Below are positions 30,888 through 41,752 of a stretch of 64,000 bases of DNA, piece by piece. Within the stretch, counting starts at the first letter, position 1, and the number at the start of each line of letters is the position of its first letter. The stretch spans positions 768,001-832,000 of the forward strand of contig CAXXDQ010000003.1 of assembly GCA_963664325.2 (NCBI GenBank), given 5' to 3'. The notes under the pieces are model-generated. The model ran no database searches and was not told the origin of the DNA. It was given only the letters and a program-made list of their open reading frames with translations. Both the position numbers and the translations under genes were made by a program. Origin of the DNA: Desulfomonilia bacterium. Lineage in GTDB: Bacteria > Desulfobacterota > Desulfomonilia > UBA1062.

Positions 30888-33161
30888 TCACTTGCTTTTC
30901 TGCTCTGTCTGGACATCCGGCTCTTTCTCTTTCACGGTCGGCGCAACCGGCTCTGTTGGTGCAGGTTTCTTGGGGGGATTTGGCGGGACTTCCTCCCCTT
31001 TGGTCATGTCAGGCGATTCGAGTCTCAGCTTCGATTCAACCACTTTGACCTCGCCATATTTCCTTTTATAGAGAGAATCTGACTTTTCGATGGTGTCGAT
31101 AACCCTTGGTGTTATAAAAATATACAGGTTTGTTTTCTCGCGCGTCCGGTTTAGTGTTTTAAACAGATAGCCGAGCAACGGGATATCGCCGAACAAGGGA
31201 ACCTTGGAATTGCCTACTGTCAGGCTGTCACCAATGAGACCTCCTATAACCATTGTCTCGTTGTCTTTAATTTGTACCGACGTAGTTGCTGAACGCTTGA
31301 GCGTTGTCGGTGCATATTTGTCTTCGCCGGTGCCTTGCACGAGTGTTGTAATCTCCTCGAATATGTCCATGCGGACACCGCCTTCCTGGTTTATCTGCGG
31401 TGTGATTTTCAGAGTTACACCGACATCGCGGTAGTCATAAGTCCTAACCGTTCTGTTGATATTGGTCGAATCTGTATCCTCTCTGGTAATATAGGGAACG
31501 TTCTTGCCTACTTTTATCTCGGCCTGCTTGTTATCCATGGTTATAATCTGAGGTTTGGAGATGATGTGAATATCGTCATCGCTGCTTACGGCATTTATAA
31601 AGGAAGCCATGTTCGGAAGGGTTATTTCCGTTCCCCCCTTATTGAGTGTGATAGCCTGGCCGATAACACCGAGGAGCGGCCCATTAGGGAAATCGCTTGG
31701 TGTTGATATCGACGTATCGCTTGTCCTTGCAAACCACCCGCCGGTTTTTTTGCCGCCGTTGTATTTGAAGTCATTAAAGAATGACCACTGAACCCCGATC
31801 TCGAAATTATAATTTGTATTGACCTCCATTATGAATGCCTCGACAAAGACCTGTTTGCGGGGTATATCGAGATACCGGATTGTTTCGACGATATTGTCAT
31901 AAGTGTATGGGTCAGCAAATATAATCAGGGAATTAGTCGCCTTGTCCGGAGATATCTTAAAATTCTGCTGCTGGTTCGACATGCTCGATACTGCCGCTGG
32001 AGTTTGCGAACCGGGCTTTGGCGTAGCATCAGGGCTGGCCAGAGCGGGCATGCCGCTTAAAACTTTTGCCACCTCTTCAGCTGTGGCATTCTGCAGATAG
32101 TAGACATGGATATCCTCTTTTCCGCTTGGGGTAGGGATATCGAGTTCGGTAATAAGATCTGAAATGTCTTTTAAATCCTGTTCATTCGCAACGACGATTA
32201 ATGAATTGGTCCTTTCATAAGGGAGTATTTTTGCCGGTTCTTTCGTTGAGGTTGCTCCTGGCATGCGTCTTGATATTGCTGCTCTTGAACTGGCATCTGT
32301 GGCTGAAGCACCTGTAAGAATCTGGTTCAGTTTGTTTGAGAGATCGGTTGCAGAAGCATGTTCAAGACGGAGGATTTTGACCTCCTGCGCATTGCCTTTG
32401 ACATCGATTATCTTTATTATCTCCATGATTTTCTTCAAATTCGAAAGCGTATCCGTAACAATCAGGATATTGCTCTGGGGGTATGACATTATCTGCGAAC
32501 TGCTTTTTGAAATAAGGGGGGTAATGAGATTTTTTATGTCTTCGGCATCTGCATATTTCAATTGTATGATCTGGGTGACCAGCTTGTCCTGGGCTGATGT
32601 CGAGATGGCCGTTTGTGTTTCAATTCCTTTGGTTACGGCATCCGATGACTTGACTACTTTAATTATATTGCCTGCCTTGACAGTTGTATATCCGTTTACT
32701 TCGAGAATGCTCTCAAAGACTTTATAGGCTTCATCTATGGTCATTTTACGGGGGGAAACAACACTGACCTTGCCGGTGACATTATTATCTATAATGAAAT
32801 TTTTCTTTGTTATATCTGCAATGAATTTGACAAGCATGCTGATATCCATCCCGTCAAAATCCATGGTTACATACTGAGTCTTTCCTTTTGTTTTCTTATC
32901 CTCCTTTTTCATTTCGGAGTTGTTTTTATCAGCTGCGGAAGTGCTGAAATCCTTTGCCGATAATACATCTTCTTTGGGTGCGTTATCGTTCTCCTTTTTT
33001 ACGGTTTTCTCCTGTTGAGCGGTTTTGTCCTGGCGATTTTTGATTTCGATTGGTGTTGATGGTGCAGGCGAGTTTTTATCCACCATTCTCGCGGCGTATA
33101 TGCTGCCTATCGAAAACAGTGTAATGATTACTAACATCGCCAAAAATCGTACAGTCTTCAT
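30888..33161 (-). CDS. gspD: Type II secretion secretin GspD
   Basis: Signal peptide, N-domain repeats (TNSLIV), QVFVEA, VPLFGDIPLLGYLFK, IFITPRV. Confidence 0.93.
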   Translation of the reverse strand: MKTVRFLAMLVIITLFSIGSIYAARMVDKNSPAPSTPIEIKNRQDKTAQQEKTVKKENDNAPKEDVLSAKDFSTSAADKNNSEMKKEDKKTKGKTQYVTMDFDGMDISMLVKFIADITKKNFIIDNNVTGKVSVVSPRKMTIDEAYKVFESILEVNGYTTVKAGNIIKVVKSSDAVTKGIETQTAISTSAQDKLVTQIIQLKYADAEDIKNLITPLISKSSSQIMSYPQSNILIVTDTLSNLKKIMEIIKIIDVKGNAQEVKILRLEHASATDLSNKLNQILTGASATDASSRAAISRRMPGATSTKEPAKILPYERTNSLIVVANEQDLKDISDLITELDIPTPSGKEDIHVYYLQNATAEEVAKVLSGMPALASPDATPKPGSQTPAAVSSMSNQQQNFKISPDKATNSLIIFADPYTYDNIVETIRYLDIPRKQVFVEAFIMEVNTNYNFEIGVQWSFFNDFKYNGGKKTGGWFARTSDTSISTPSDFPNGPLLGVIGQAITLNKGGTEITLPNMASFINAVSSDDDIHIISKPQIITMDNKQAEIKVGKNVPYITREDTDSTNINRTVRTYDYRDVGVTLKITPQINQEGGVRMDIFEEITTLVQGTGEDKYAPTTLKRSATTSVQIKDNETMVIGGLIGDSLTVGNSKVPLFGDIPLLGYLFKTLNRTREKTNLYIFITPRVIDTIEKSDSLYKRKYGEVKVVESKLRLESPDMTKGEEVPPNPPKKPAPTEPVAPTVKEKEPDVQTEQKSK

Positions 33162-33185
33162 TTCTCCCCCTTAATTATTGTCACT

Positions 33186-33881
33186 CTAGTTCCATGTACC
33201 TTTAAGGCTTTCGAGGTCGGGATCATTCTTTGCCCACTTTCTTACATCCTGTCCGTTCATTTTAATCGCAAGTTTCAGTTCCCTGAGTGCAGATGCTTTA
33301 TCTCCTTTTTTAGCATAGGCGCAAGCAAGATTATACACCGGTTCAACATTATCTTTCGAGCATTGAATTGCAATTTTAAAATACTTTATTGCGCTGTCAT
33401 AATCCGACTTTGCCAGTAGGACTGCACCGAGATTGTTTATCAGACCGGCGTCGTTTTTGTAAACAGCCAGTGCTTCCTTGTATACTGAAGCGGCTTTGTC
33501 AAGTTCACCTTTCTCAAAATACAGGTTGGCAAGCTTAATATATTCATCCTTGCTTTTATCAGGGGCGCTGACAACAGGGTCCTGGATATTTGCTGCCGGT
33601 AATTTCATTGCAGTTTCTGGAGCGACTTTTTTTTGTAATGCCACGGATTTTGCCGGGGTCTGATAAGGAGTTGTTTTAGATGCATTATGATGATTTTTAA
33701 TTGTTACAGGCGTTGAGACATAGGAATATATGCCCATTGAAACTATCGAACTGATTGTTATTGCAATAATAACAATTGCCCAGTTCTTTGGGGTGCTCCA
33801 GCTCTTCGGCTTGTCGGCGACAGGCAATATGCGAGTATCTTCATGTTGAACACGTTTCAGTGCGTCATATATGGAACTCAT
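33186..33881 (-). CDS. GspB/ExeB-like membrane protein with TPR repeats
   Basis: MSSIYDALKR N-terminus typical of GspB; one TM; TPRs (NNLGAV, YNLACAY, AKNDPDL). Confidence 0.7.
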   Translation of the reverse strand: MSSIYDALKRVQHEDTRILPVADKPKSWSTPKNWAIVIIAITISSIVSMGIYSYVSTPVTIKNHHNASKTTPYQTPAKSVALQKKVAPETAMKLPAANIQDPVVSAPDKSKDEYIKLANLYFEKGELDKAASVYKEALAVYKNDAGLINNLGAVLLAKSDYDSAIKYFKIAIQCSKDNVEPVYNLACAYAKKGDKASALRELKLAIKMNGQDVRKWAKNDPDLESLKGTWN

Positions 33882-35380
33882 ATCTTTTTACCTTCCAGTA
33901 TATTAATGAGTGCAAGTGTTTCCGTACCGGCGATGCCGTCTTTTGCCAGACCGCATGTTTCCTGCAGTTTTTCTATGCCCTCCGAAGTTTCAATACCGTA
34001 AATACCATTCGGGTCAATAGATATATAGCCCAGATCTTTAAGTTTTTCCTGTATTTTTTTAACACTTTCTCCCGTTGATGCAATACCGAAGGTCTCTTTT
34101 ACAGTATTCCTCTTGTATATTATAACAACATGACCCTGATATATCTCTGAAAAACTTTTTATCGGTATATTTATCCTGCTCATGTCCTTTTTTATTAATT
34201 CGGCATCATTACCATTGATCCGTTCAACAATGCAGTAGCCTCCCCATACTGAAGCAACGAAAGGTTTTGAAATGCTCTTCAGCAGAGCAAAAGGCGGAAA
34301 CAGGTTTAAAACGGAATTCGTTTCAGCATTTTCAGGAAGCAATTTCAATGCGTCTAGTGCTGTCCTGTAATCTTTCATCACACAGTCATGACAGAATGGG
34401 TTTGATATTCTGTCAGCCGGTTGCAGATTCTGGGATATATGTTCATTATTTTTTGCCATACCGTTCGTTTCTTCAATGAGAGATAGAATCGGCTGCCAGA
34501 AAAATAACAGTCCTGCAATAACAGCTGCAATAACGGCACCGGCCAGGGCTTTTTTTAAGTATGAAGAACCGGGATAATTCCCTGTTATCTCCTTGATCGC
34601 CTGATAGGCAATGGAACCGGATATTGTATTTGTTCCTTTCGTAAAAGCAATCAGCAGTGATCGCTCACATGCTGCGTTAATCCTTCTTGGCAGGCCCCCT
34701 GAAAATTTAAAAATTCTATTAAGCGCCGCCCTGGAAAAATTGATATCTCCATGTGAACCTGAAACGATGAGCCTGTGCTTGATATAATTCCTTGTGTCCG
34801 GTTTGCTTAGGAGTCCCATGTGATATCTGACAGTAATGCGGTCGCTTATCTGCTTCAGGCTTGGGGTCGATAGCATCGATTTTAATTCCGGCTGTCCTAT
34901 GAGTACTATCTGAATAAGTTTTTCCTTTTCAGTTTCGAGATTTGAAATCATTCTGATCTGTTCAAGAACGTCAGGGGAAAGATTCTGGCATTCATCAATG
35001 ATCAGTACCGCATTCTTGTTTTTTGACCTGACGTCGAGAAGAAAACCGTATAACTCATCCAATAAAGCTTTTTTCGAGGTACTTGTCGAGTTGATACCGA
35101 ATTCCTGGTTTATTGTCTGCAAAAGTTCAATATCGGATAGCGCAGGGTTAAGTATCAGGGCAGTTTTTATTGTTTCCGGAAGTGTGGTCAGCAAGACACG
35201 GCACAGCGTGGTTTTGCCTGCACCGACCTCGCCTGTAATTAATATAAAGCCCTTTTTTTCATCAATGCCGTATTTCAGATGGGAGAGGGCTTCTTTATGC
35301 ACCTCTGAAAAATAGAGATATTTGGGGTCAGGCGTAAGGTTGAAAGGGTTTTCTGTCAGTCCAAAATATTTCTCAAACAT
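33878..35380 (-). CDS. exeA: ExeA/GspA AAA ATPase with C-terminal peptidoglycan-binding domain
   Basis: FGLTENPFNLTPDP, GEVGAGKTT, IIDECQNL, LIGQPEL, GLAKDGIAG. Confidence 0.9.
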   Translation of the reverse strand: MFEKYFGLTENPFNLTPDPKYLYFSEVHKEALSHLKYGIDEKKGFILITGEVGAGKTTLCRVLLTTLPETIKTALILNPALSDIELLQTINQEFGINSTSTSKKALLDELYGFLLDVRSKNKNAVLIIDECQNLSPDVLEQIRMISNLETEKEKLIQIVLIGQPELKSMLSTPSLKQISDRITVRYHMGLLSKPDTRNYIKHRLIVSGSHGDINFSRAALNRIFKFSGGLPRRINAACERSLLIAFTKGTNTISGSIAYQAIKEITGNYPGSSYLKKALAGAVIAAVIAGLLFFWQPILSLIEETNGMAKNNEHISQNLQPADRISNPFCHDCVMKDYRTALDALKLLPENAETNSVLNLFPPFALLKSISKPFVASVWGGYCIVERINGNDAELIKKDMSRINIPIKSFSEIYQGHVVIIYKRNTVKETFGIASTGESVKKIQEKLKDLGYISIDPNGIYGIETSEGIEKLQETCGLAKDGIAGTETLALINILEGKKI

Positions 35381-35438
35381 TCACTATTGCCCCAAGGTTA
35401 TTTATGTAATCTTTGTATCTTTATTTAAATGCGGACGG

Positions 35439-36284
35439 CTATTTCAGCGGGACGTTAACGGAAGTTGTTGTCCCATGGCGTTCAAGCTCAACATTTGCCG
35501 AGGAAACGTTCTGCATGTTCTGGTATAGTTTCATAGCGTCTTCAGGAGTTTTTATTGGTATCCCGTTAACTGATTTTATTACATCCCCAGAACGCACCCC
35601 AAGGCCGAACAATGGTGAACTGTTGTCAACATTGGTTACCCGGAAACCGTAAGGTTCTCCGCCTTTGAAATAAGGGACAACCCTGGCATTGCCAAGAAAC
35701 TGCTCCATATTCTGCATAGCTGATGACATGTCTGTGCCGCCTGTGGCGCTGCCGGGCATCGGTATTGCTGGACCCGAAGGACCGCCTTTTGATCCCTTTT
35801 TGGCGCTAGTATCCTCAGGAACAAGCATCTGTTCCTGGCCGTTCATTTGAAGGATTACCTTGTTCCTGAAAATTCCGATTATGTTTGCCCCAGATACGGA
35901 ATCTCCTATTTTGTAAAGCTGCTGTTTTCCTTTATCCTCGATAATAGCCCTGCTGAAGACAACTGATCCTGCTATAGTGCCTTTTAATACAAGCCCGAGA
36001 GAAGCAATAGGACGGTCTCTGTCATCGCCAGTGAGGGTCCCCTGGGGCCCTTTGCTGATTGATCCAAGGAGCTTCCTTTCTTTTATGATATCATAAGACG
36101 AAAGTGGTGCGGGCTGCCTCTTGGGTGTTTCAACAGCCGTTATATTCTGTTTGGGCGGACCGGGCATCACAAAGAGCAGCTGTCCGCTGACACTCATGAT
36201 GATACCCACGATAACCCAGGCAAAAAGTGTTATGAATATAACAGGTACAAGCCATTTGTAGCGATTAAGCATATACAGCCTCAC
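35439..36284 (-). CDS. gspC: Type II secretion protein GspC with PDZ domain
   Basis: N-terminal TM; LKGTIAG...AIIE...[10 protein letters not shown] domain; [14 protein letters not shown]. Confidence 0.85.
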   Translation of the reverse strand: MRLYMLNRYKWLVPVIFITLFAWVIVGIIMSVSGQLLFVMPGPPKQNITAVETPKRQPAPLSSYDIIKERKLLGSISKGPQGTLTGDDRDRPIASLGLVLKGTIAGSVVFSRAIIEDKGKQQLYKIGDSVSGANIIGIFRNKVILQMNGQEQMLVPEDTSAKKGSKGGPSGPAIPMPGSATGGTDMSSAMQNMEQFLGNARVVPYFKGGEPYGFRVTNVDNSSPLFGLGVRSGDVIKSVNGIPIKTPEDAMKLYQNMQNVSSANVELERHGTTTSVNVPLK

Positions 36285-38305
36285 ATATTGTCATATCGGA
36301 AGAACTTCATATTAAAGCTGCCTCTTCCTCTGCTTATGGACCTCAACTGTGTGGAATACCCGAATGTCCTGGATAAAGGGACATATGCCTTTATGCAATG
36401 ATATTTACCCTTGATAATAACACCCTCTATATTTGCCCTGCGCGAGCTTAGATCACCTACAACATCCCCGACATATTCCTCCGGGACCATGACCTCTATA
36501 TCCATGACCGGTTCAAGGACAAGGATTCCCGCATTTTTTACCGCATCCTGCAAAGCCATTTGCGAGGCTATTTTCATTCCCTGTCCAGTAGTTTCTTCTG
36601 TAATAATAACTTTTTTTACCTGAACTGCAACATCAACTATATTGTAACCGTTAACAGGGTCGGCAAGACAGCCTTCTTCTATGCCAAGAAGGATTGAGGA
36701 TTTTATCTCTTCGCTTGTATCAGGGATGATATTGATTGTGTTCCCCGCACCTCTTTTTCCTGGGGATACATTAAGCATGACATGGCCTGAATGAAAAGCG
36801 TCCCCAAGTTTTTTGTTGAATGCCGATTCTCCATCTCCCGGGCCCCTGACGCTTGAACAGAAAAGGACCTGTGGATTCCCGACATTTATATCTACTCCGA
36901 AGGCGGTTTTAAGCCGGTCGACAGCAATTTCAAGATGAAGCTCGCCCATGCCTGCCAGGATTACCTGGCCTGTATCGGGGTCTTCATGGACCTTTATGGT
37001 GGGGTCTTCATCCATTAGTTTCGATGAGGTCGTCATCAACCTCTGATATGCGTCTCCTCCTCCGCTTTTAGGCTCAATGGCTATTGATATGACAGGTTTG
37101 AGTACTTCTATGGGTTCAAGCACGAGGGTATCGTTTCCAACAGTCAGCGTATCACCGGTGACGGCGTCTTTAAGGCCGGCAACAGCAATGATATCACCTG
37201 CTACGGCATTTTCTATCCTCTCCTTATGATGGGCATGCATCATAAACAACCTTGCAACCTTTTCTGAAGTTTCCCTTGTAGTATTGTATAGTTCGTCACC
37301 TGCATGCATCTCGCCAGAATAAAGCCTGAGGTAGACCAGCCTTCTGCCTTCCTCCATATATACCTTGAATGCATAGGCTACAAGAGGGCTTTTGGGGTCC
37401 GAGGAAATTGCGATGAGTTCACCTGTTTTCTTGTCATGTCCAAGCGGCGGTCTTATATCAGTAGGCGAGGGAAGATAATCAATAATTGCATCAACCAGGG
37501 GCTGGATGCCCTTGTTTCTAAGTGCCGCCCCAAACAGAACCGGCAGTATCCTGTTTTCAATTGTGCCTTTACGGATTGCATCTTTAATTGTCCTGATGCT
37601 AATCGCTTCCCCAGCAAGGTAGGATTCCATGAAGGAATCATCGAGTTCCGCAAGGGATTCCATCAAATGATCCCTTAATGAAGCAGCCTCTTTAAGATAA
37701 TCCCCGGAAATATCAGATTCGTTAACTTCGCTGCCCTGATCATCATCTTTCCAGACAAGCTGTTTCATACGCAGGAGATCAATTATACCTTTGAAAGAAT
37801 CGCCAGCATAATATGGAAGCTGAACGGGTATAGGCTTTATCTCGAGACGCTTTTCAATCTGGGTGAGCACTGATTTATAATCTGCCCCCGGCCTGTCAAG
37901 CTTGTTTATAAATGCGATTGTAGGAACTTCATATTTTCTTGCCTGGTGCCAGACTGTTTCTGTCTGTGCCTGCACGCCTCCGACACCGCAAAGGATCATG
38001 ACGGCGCCGTCAAGCACCCTGAGGCTTCTCTCCACCTCGATTGTGAAATCGACATGACCCGGAGTATCGATTATGTGGATTTCATGCTCATTCCATTTGC
38101 AGGTGGTAACCGCAGAGGTTATTGTTATGCCACGTTCCTGTTCCTGCGGGAGGTAATCCATGGTCGCCTGACCGTCATGCACCTCGCCCATCTTGTGGAT
38201 ACGGCCTGTATAAAAAAGGACTCTTTCAGTTACCGTGGTTTTCCCGGCGTCTATATGCGCCACAAAACCCATATTTCGAACTTTTCTAAGTCTGTCAGGT
38301 TTCAT
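36281..38305 (-). CDS. fusA: Elongation factor G paralog with divergent domain IV
   Basis: [35 protein letters not shown]; not in an rpsL-rpsG operon. Confidence 0.9.
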   Translation of the reverse strand: MKPDRLRKVRNMGFVAHIDAGKTTVTERVLFYTGRIHKMGEVHDGQATMDYLPQEQERGITITSAVTTCKWNEHEIHIIDTPGHVDFTIEVERSLRVLDGAVMILCGVGGVQAQTETVWHQARKYEVPTIAFINKLDRPGADYKSVLTQIEKRLEIKPIPVQLPYYAGDSFKGIIDLLRMKQLVWKDDDQGSEVNESDISGDYLKEAASLRDHLMESLAELDDSFMESYLAGEAISIRTIKDAIRKGTIENRILPVLFGAALRNKGIQPLVDAIIDYLPSPTDIRPPLGHDKKTGELIAISSDPKSPLVAYAFKVYMEEGRRLVYLRLYSGEMHAGDELYNTTRETSEKVARLFMMHAHHKERIENAVAGDIIAVAGLKDAVTGDTLTVGNDTLVLEPIEVLKPVISIAIEPKSGGGDAYQRLMTTSSKLMDEDPTIKVHEDPDTGQVILAGMGELHLEIAVDRLKTAFGVDINVGNPQVLFCSSVRGPGDGESAFNKKLGDAFHSGHVMLNVSPGKRGAGNTINIIPDTSEEIKSSILLGIEEGCLADPVNGYNIVDVAVQVKKVIITEETTGQGMKIASQMALQDAVKNAGILVLEPVMDIEVMVPEEYVGDVVGDLSSRRANIEGVIIKGKYHCIKAYVPLSRTFGYSTQLRSISRGRGSFNMKFFRYDNM

Positions 38306-38484
38306 TCCCTTTTCACCCTCATAAAATTATATACCAAGATATAACTCATATACATAGTCCATTTCATTACCAAAATGGAAATCGATAAAGTTCGGAAGAG
38401 TTGATAATATAATTAAATAAAGAATTTATTTAATTCCGACGATTTTATCAAAAAGGCAACATTACTCTTCTTGGAGGGGCAATA

Positions 38485-39738
38485 ATGAAACACCGTATCG
38501 CAGTTATAGGTCTCGGCTATGTAGGATTACCGCTGGCAGTTGAGTTCGGCAAGATATATCCGACTGTCGGCTTTGATACAAATCCGGAAAGGATCGAAGA
38601 ATTATCCGGACATTATGACAGGACAAAGGAGATTGAGCCCGATGAATTCAACCCTGCAAAATATCTCAAATTTGCATTGAATAAAAAGGATATAATCGGA
38701 TGCAATATTTATATTGTAACCGTTCCGACGCCGATCGATTCCTACAACAGGCCTGATATTACACTGCTCAAAAAAGCAAGTGAAACGGTTGGGAGCGTTC
38801 TTTCCAAGGGAGATATAGTGATTTATGAATCAACCGTATATCCGGGCTGTACGGAAGAGGATTGTGTTCCTGTCCTGGAACGTTCGTCCGGACTTAAATA
38901 CAACAGGGATTTTTTCTGCGGGTACAGTCCGGAAAGGATAAATCCCGGCGACAAGGCGCACAGGCTGCCTAACATACAGAAAGTAACCTCCGGGTCCACC
39001 CCGGAAACAGCCGATATCATAGACCGGCTTTATGCATCGATTATAACGGCAGGCACACACAAAGCACCGTCAATAAGGGTTGCAGAGGCGGCAAAGGTTA
39101 TTGAGAATTCACAGAGGGATATAAATATCGCCTTCATAAACGAACTTTCCATTATTTTTTCAAAGATGGGGATAAGGACAAGGGATGTATTGGCGGCCGC
39201 CAGGACCAAATGGAATTTTCTGCCCTTTGAGCCGGGTCTGGTCGGCGGGCACTGTATCGGTGTTGATCCTTATTACCTGACGCACAAGGCTGAAGGACTG
39301 GGTTATATCCCGCAGATTATTCTTGCAGGCCGAAGGCTTAACGACAGCATGGGGCCTTATGTGGCGGGACAGACAATTAAACTGCTTATAAAAAAAGGCT
39401 GCAACATTAAAGGGGCGAAAGTGCTTGTCCTGGGGATTACATTCAAGGAGAATTGTCCCGATATCAGGAATTCAAAAGTGATTGATGTTGTGAGAGAATT
39501 AAAGGATTTCGGCTGTATTGTGGATGTATACGATCCGTATGCCGATCCCGATGAGGTTATGAAGGAATATGGCATCCATATAGTTTCACACGAAAAGAAA
39601 CTTGGTAAGTATAATGCCATCGTAGCCGCTGTCGCACACCAGAAATTCAAAAAGATGAGATTTGATAAACTAAGTGATAAGGACTGTGTCATGTATGATG
39701 TGAAGAATATTCTGGCTAGTGCCGACGGTGCGTTATAA
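38485..39738 (+). CDS. UDP-N-acetylhexosamine 6-dehydrogenase (TviB/WbpO-like)
   Basis: GLGYVGLP, YESTVYPG, SPERINPGD, GGHCIGVDPYY, FKENCPDIRNSK. Confidence 0.92.
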   Translation: MKHRIAVIGLGYVGLPLAVEFGKIYPTVGFDTNPERIEELSGHYDRTKEIEPDEFNPAKYLKFALNKKDIIGCNIYIVTVPTPIDSYNRPDITLLKKASETVGSVLSKGDIVIYESTVYPGCTEEDCVPVLERSSGLKYNRDFFCGYSPERINPGDKAHRLPNIQKVTSGSTPETADIIDRLYASIITAGTHKAPSIRVAEAAKVIENSQRDINIAFINELSIIFSKMGIRTRDVLAAARTKWNFLPFEPGLVGGHCIGVDPYYLTHKAEGLGYIPQIILAGRRLNDSMGPYVAGQTIKLLIKKGCNIKGAKVLVLGITFKENCPDIRNSKVIDVVRELKDFGCIVDVYDPYADPDEVMKEYGIHIVSHEKKLGKYNAIVAAVAHQKFKKMRFDKLSDKDCVMYDVKNILASADGAL

Positions 39739-39931
39739 CTATTCCATTACCTGCAGAAATTTTAATAAATTCTCAAGTATATACAATGACAGGATGCCGA
39801 TCACCGCAATACATGGATTTCAATCACACCGATTGTTTTGCTATTGAGCAATAAGACAAAAAAGACTATCCTGATTCTGAAATCTTTCTCATCTAAAGAC
39901 TTCCATAAATATGCAATAGGGGAGGATACAA

Positions 39932-41194
39932 ATGGCAGCTGATACAAATGTGAAATTCAAGCTTACAGACAGACAGAAAAAGATTTTGCCAGTCCTTATG
40001 TGCGGTTCGTTCTTCGAGGGCTTTGACTGGATGGTAATCAATATGACCCTTCCATATATTGCTAAGGATATGAATATTGGGGTCGAGGCAACCGGTCTTG
40101 TTCTTACTATCGTGGCGATAGGAACATTAGCTGCTTTCTTTTTTGTCAGAATGGGTGACAGAATAGGAAGAAGGCCTGTTTTCATCTGGGCTGTTTGCCT
40201 GTATGCCATCATGAGCATAGCTACTGCGTTTTCACCGAATATATATTTTTTCATAGCGTGCCAGTTTTTTGCAAGGGTATTTCTTGTAACTGAGTGGGCG
40301 ACAGGTTTTATTGTTGTAGCGGAAGAATTTCCTGCTGAGACTAGAGGACGCGGTCTGGCTTTATTCCAGTTCGTCGCTGGAATAGGAGCCATCTTCCCTT
40401 CAGCACTTCTTGGTGTAATGATGGCATCACGTTTTGGATGGCGTGGGCTTTTCGTTCTGGGAGGGCTGCCGCTGATAATTATTCTTCTGCTGAAAAAGAA
40501 CTTCACTGAAACCCAGAGTTTCCAGAAAGCAGCCGATACGGCAAAAAACAAGCCTGAATTCTTTGAGGTATTCAAGCCTAAATATCGCAAGTACATGATA
40601 TCAGTTTCGCTTCTCTGGTTTTTTTCCTATTTGTGCTACACGACAGCGATGAATTTCTTCTCATACCATGTTGTGAACACGCATGGATGGACACCCGGCA
40701 AGATATCTCTGGCGACTTCGGTGGCATATTTAGTCGGATTTGTCGGATATATCCTGGCCGGAAAGCTAATGGATTCCATCGGAAGGAAACCGACGGCAAT
40801 AATATTTTTCCTGTGCGGAACATTGGGAACTGTATGTGCATTCCAGATGTCGAAGTATCAACTGATATTTGCATCCCTTGTTTTCGGAACGTTTTTTATC
40901 GGCGTATTCACTGTGTTGTGCGCGTCTTTCACGAACGAACTGTTTCCAACCAGAATCAGGGCAAGCGCCTCGGCATGGGGAAACAACATATTCGGCAGGA
41001 TTGCCCAGGTTGTTGCGCCTGGTCTTGTCGGGTATCTTGCAGTGAACATCGGAGGAACAGGCAATGCTGCATCCCTGATGGCCCTTGGCCCTATTATTTC
41101 AACCATTATAGTTATATTCCTGCTTCCTGAAACAAAGGGATTCAAGGTTGAAGAGGACGATCAGGCAATGGAATCAATCGCAACCCAGGCTTAG
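39932..41194 (+). CDS. MFS transporter (organic acid/solute:H+ symporter-like)
   Basis: GDRIGRR and DSIGRK motif A, EEFPAETRG, LPETKG. Confidence 0.9.
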   Translation: MAADTNVKFKLTDRQKKILPVLMCGSFFEGFDWMVINMTLPYIAKDMNIGVEATGLVLTIVAIGTLAAFFFVRMGDRIGRRPVFIWAVCLYAIMSIATAFSPNIYFFIACQFFARVFLVTEWATGFIVVAEEFPAETRGRGLALFQFVAGIGAIFPSALLGVMMASRFGWRGLFVLGGLPLIIILLLKKNFTETQSFQKAADTAKNKPEFFEVFKPKYRKYMISVSLLWFFSYLCYTTAMNFFSYHVVNTHGWTPGKISLATSVAYLVGFVGYILAGKLMDSIGRKPTAIIFFLCGTLGTVCAFQMSKYQLIFASLVFGTFFIGVFTVLCASFTNELFPTRIRASASAWGNNIFGRIAQVVAPGLVGYLAVNIGGTGNAASLMALGPIISTIIVIFLLPETKGFKVEEDDQAMESIATQA

Positions 41195-41348
41195 AAGCAT
41201 GGGGCGATAAATGATGAACCGATAATCATAGACAGATACAGTAGTAATCCTGAATACATTATCGGCGGATAAAATGAAATTTATTGGCAAACGGTTTTTT
41301 GTGGTTTTCATAAAGCCATAATTTATTCGTTCATGATGAAGAACTGTT

Positions 41349-41381
41349 AAAGCACACTGCCTTAAAAGGCAGTGTGCTTTT
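41349..41381. terminator. Rho-independent terminator-like hairpin after the MFS gene
   Basis: aaagcacactgcct-taaa-aggcagtgtgctttt. Confidence 0.65.
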
Positions 41382-41685
41382 AATCGATGAGTTTGGCATC
41401 TCGGGAATAATCCTTAAAACAGCTTTTAGAAATCAAAATATCTGCGATAGTGGCCTGTTTGATGAAGCAAAACGCATAATATTTATAACGGCCATTATGG
41501 ATAATGATTTTGCAAAAGAATCAAGCAATGATAATTTCTTGCAAGAACTGCATACTCATACTGATCTTACAGATCCAATCTATGCTTTTGCACATTTATG
41601 ATACAGAGGGAATCAGGGTACTGTATTAAATATTCCGCTTTAATACTGCTGGACATAAGATGCCGGATGAGATATATAGATATAT

Positions 41686-41701
41686 AGTCATATATATGAC
41701 T
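41686..41701. promoter_or_regulatory. Putative GntR/HutC-family operator
   Basis: Perfect 16-bp palindrome AGTCATATATATGACT about 50 bp upstream of the GntR gene. Confidence 0.55.
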
Positions 41702-41752
41702 TTCAGATAACAGATAACTGCGTTTTCAGTTTCACGCCAGGGGGAACACTAT

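Noticed and set aside
39889-40596. Long antisense ORFs (e.g. 39889-40596, 52816-53502, 48657-49304, 43568-44161)
   Set aside because: They lie opposite well-supported genes and show no recognisable motifs
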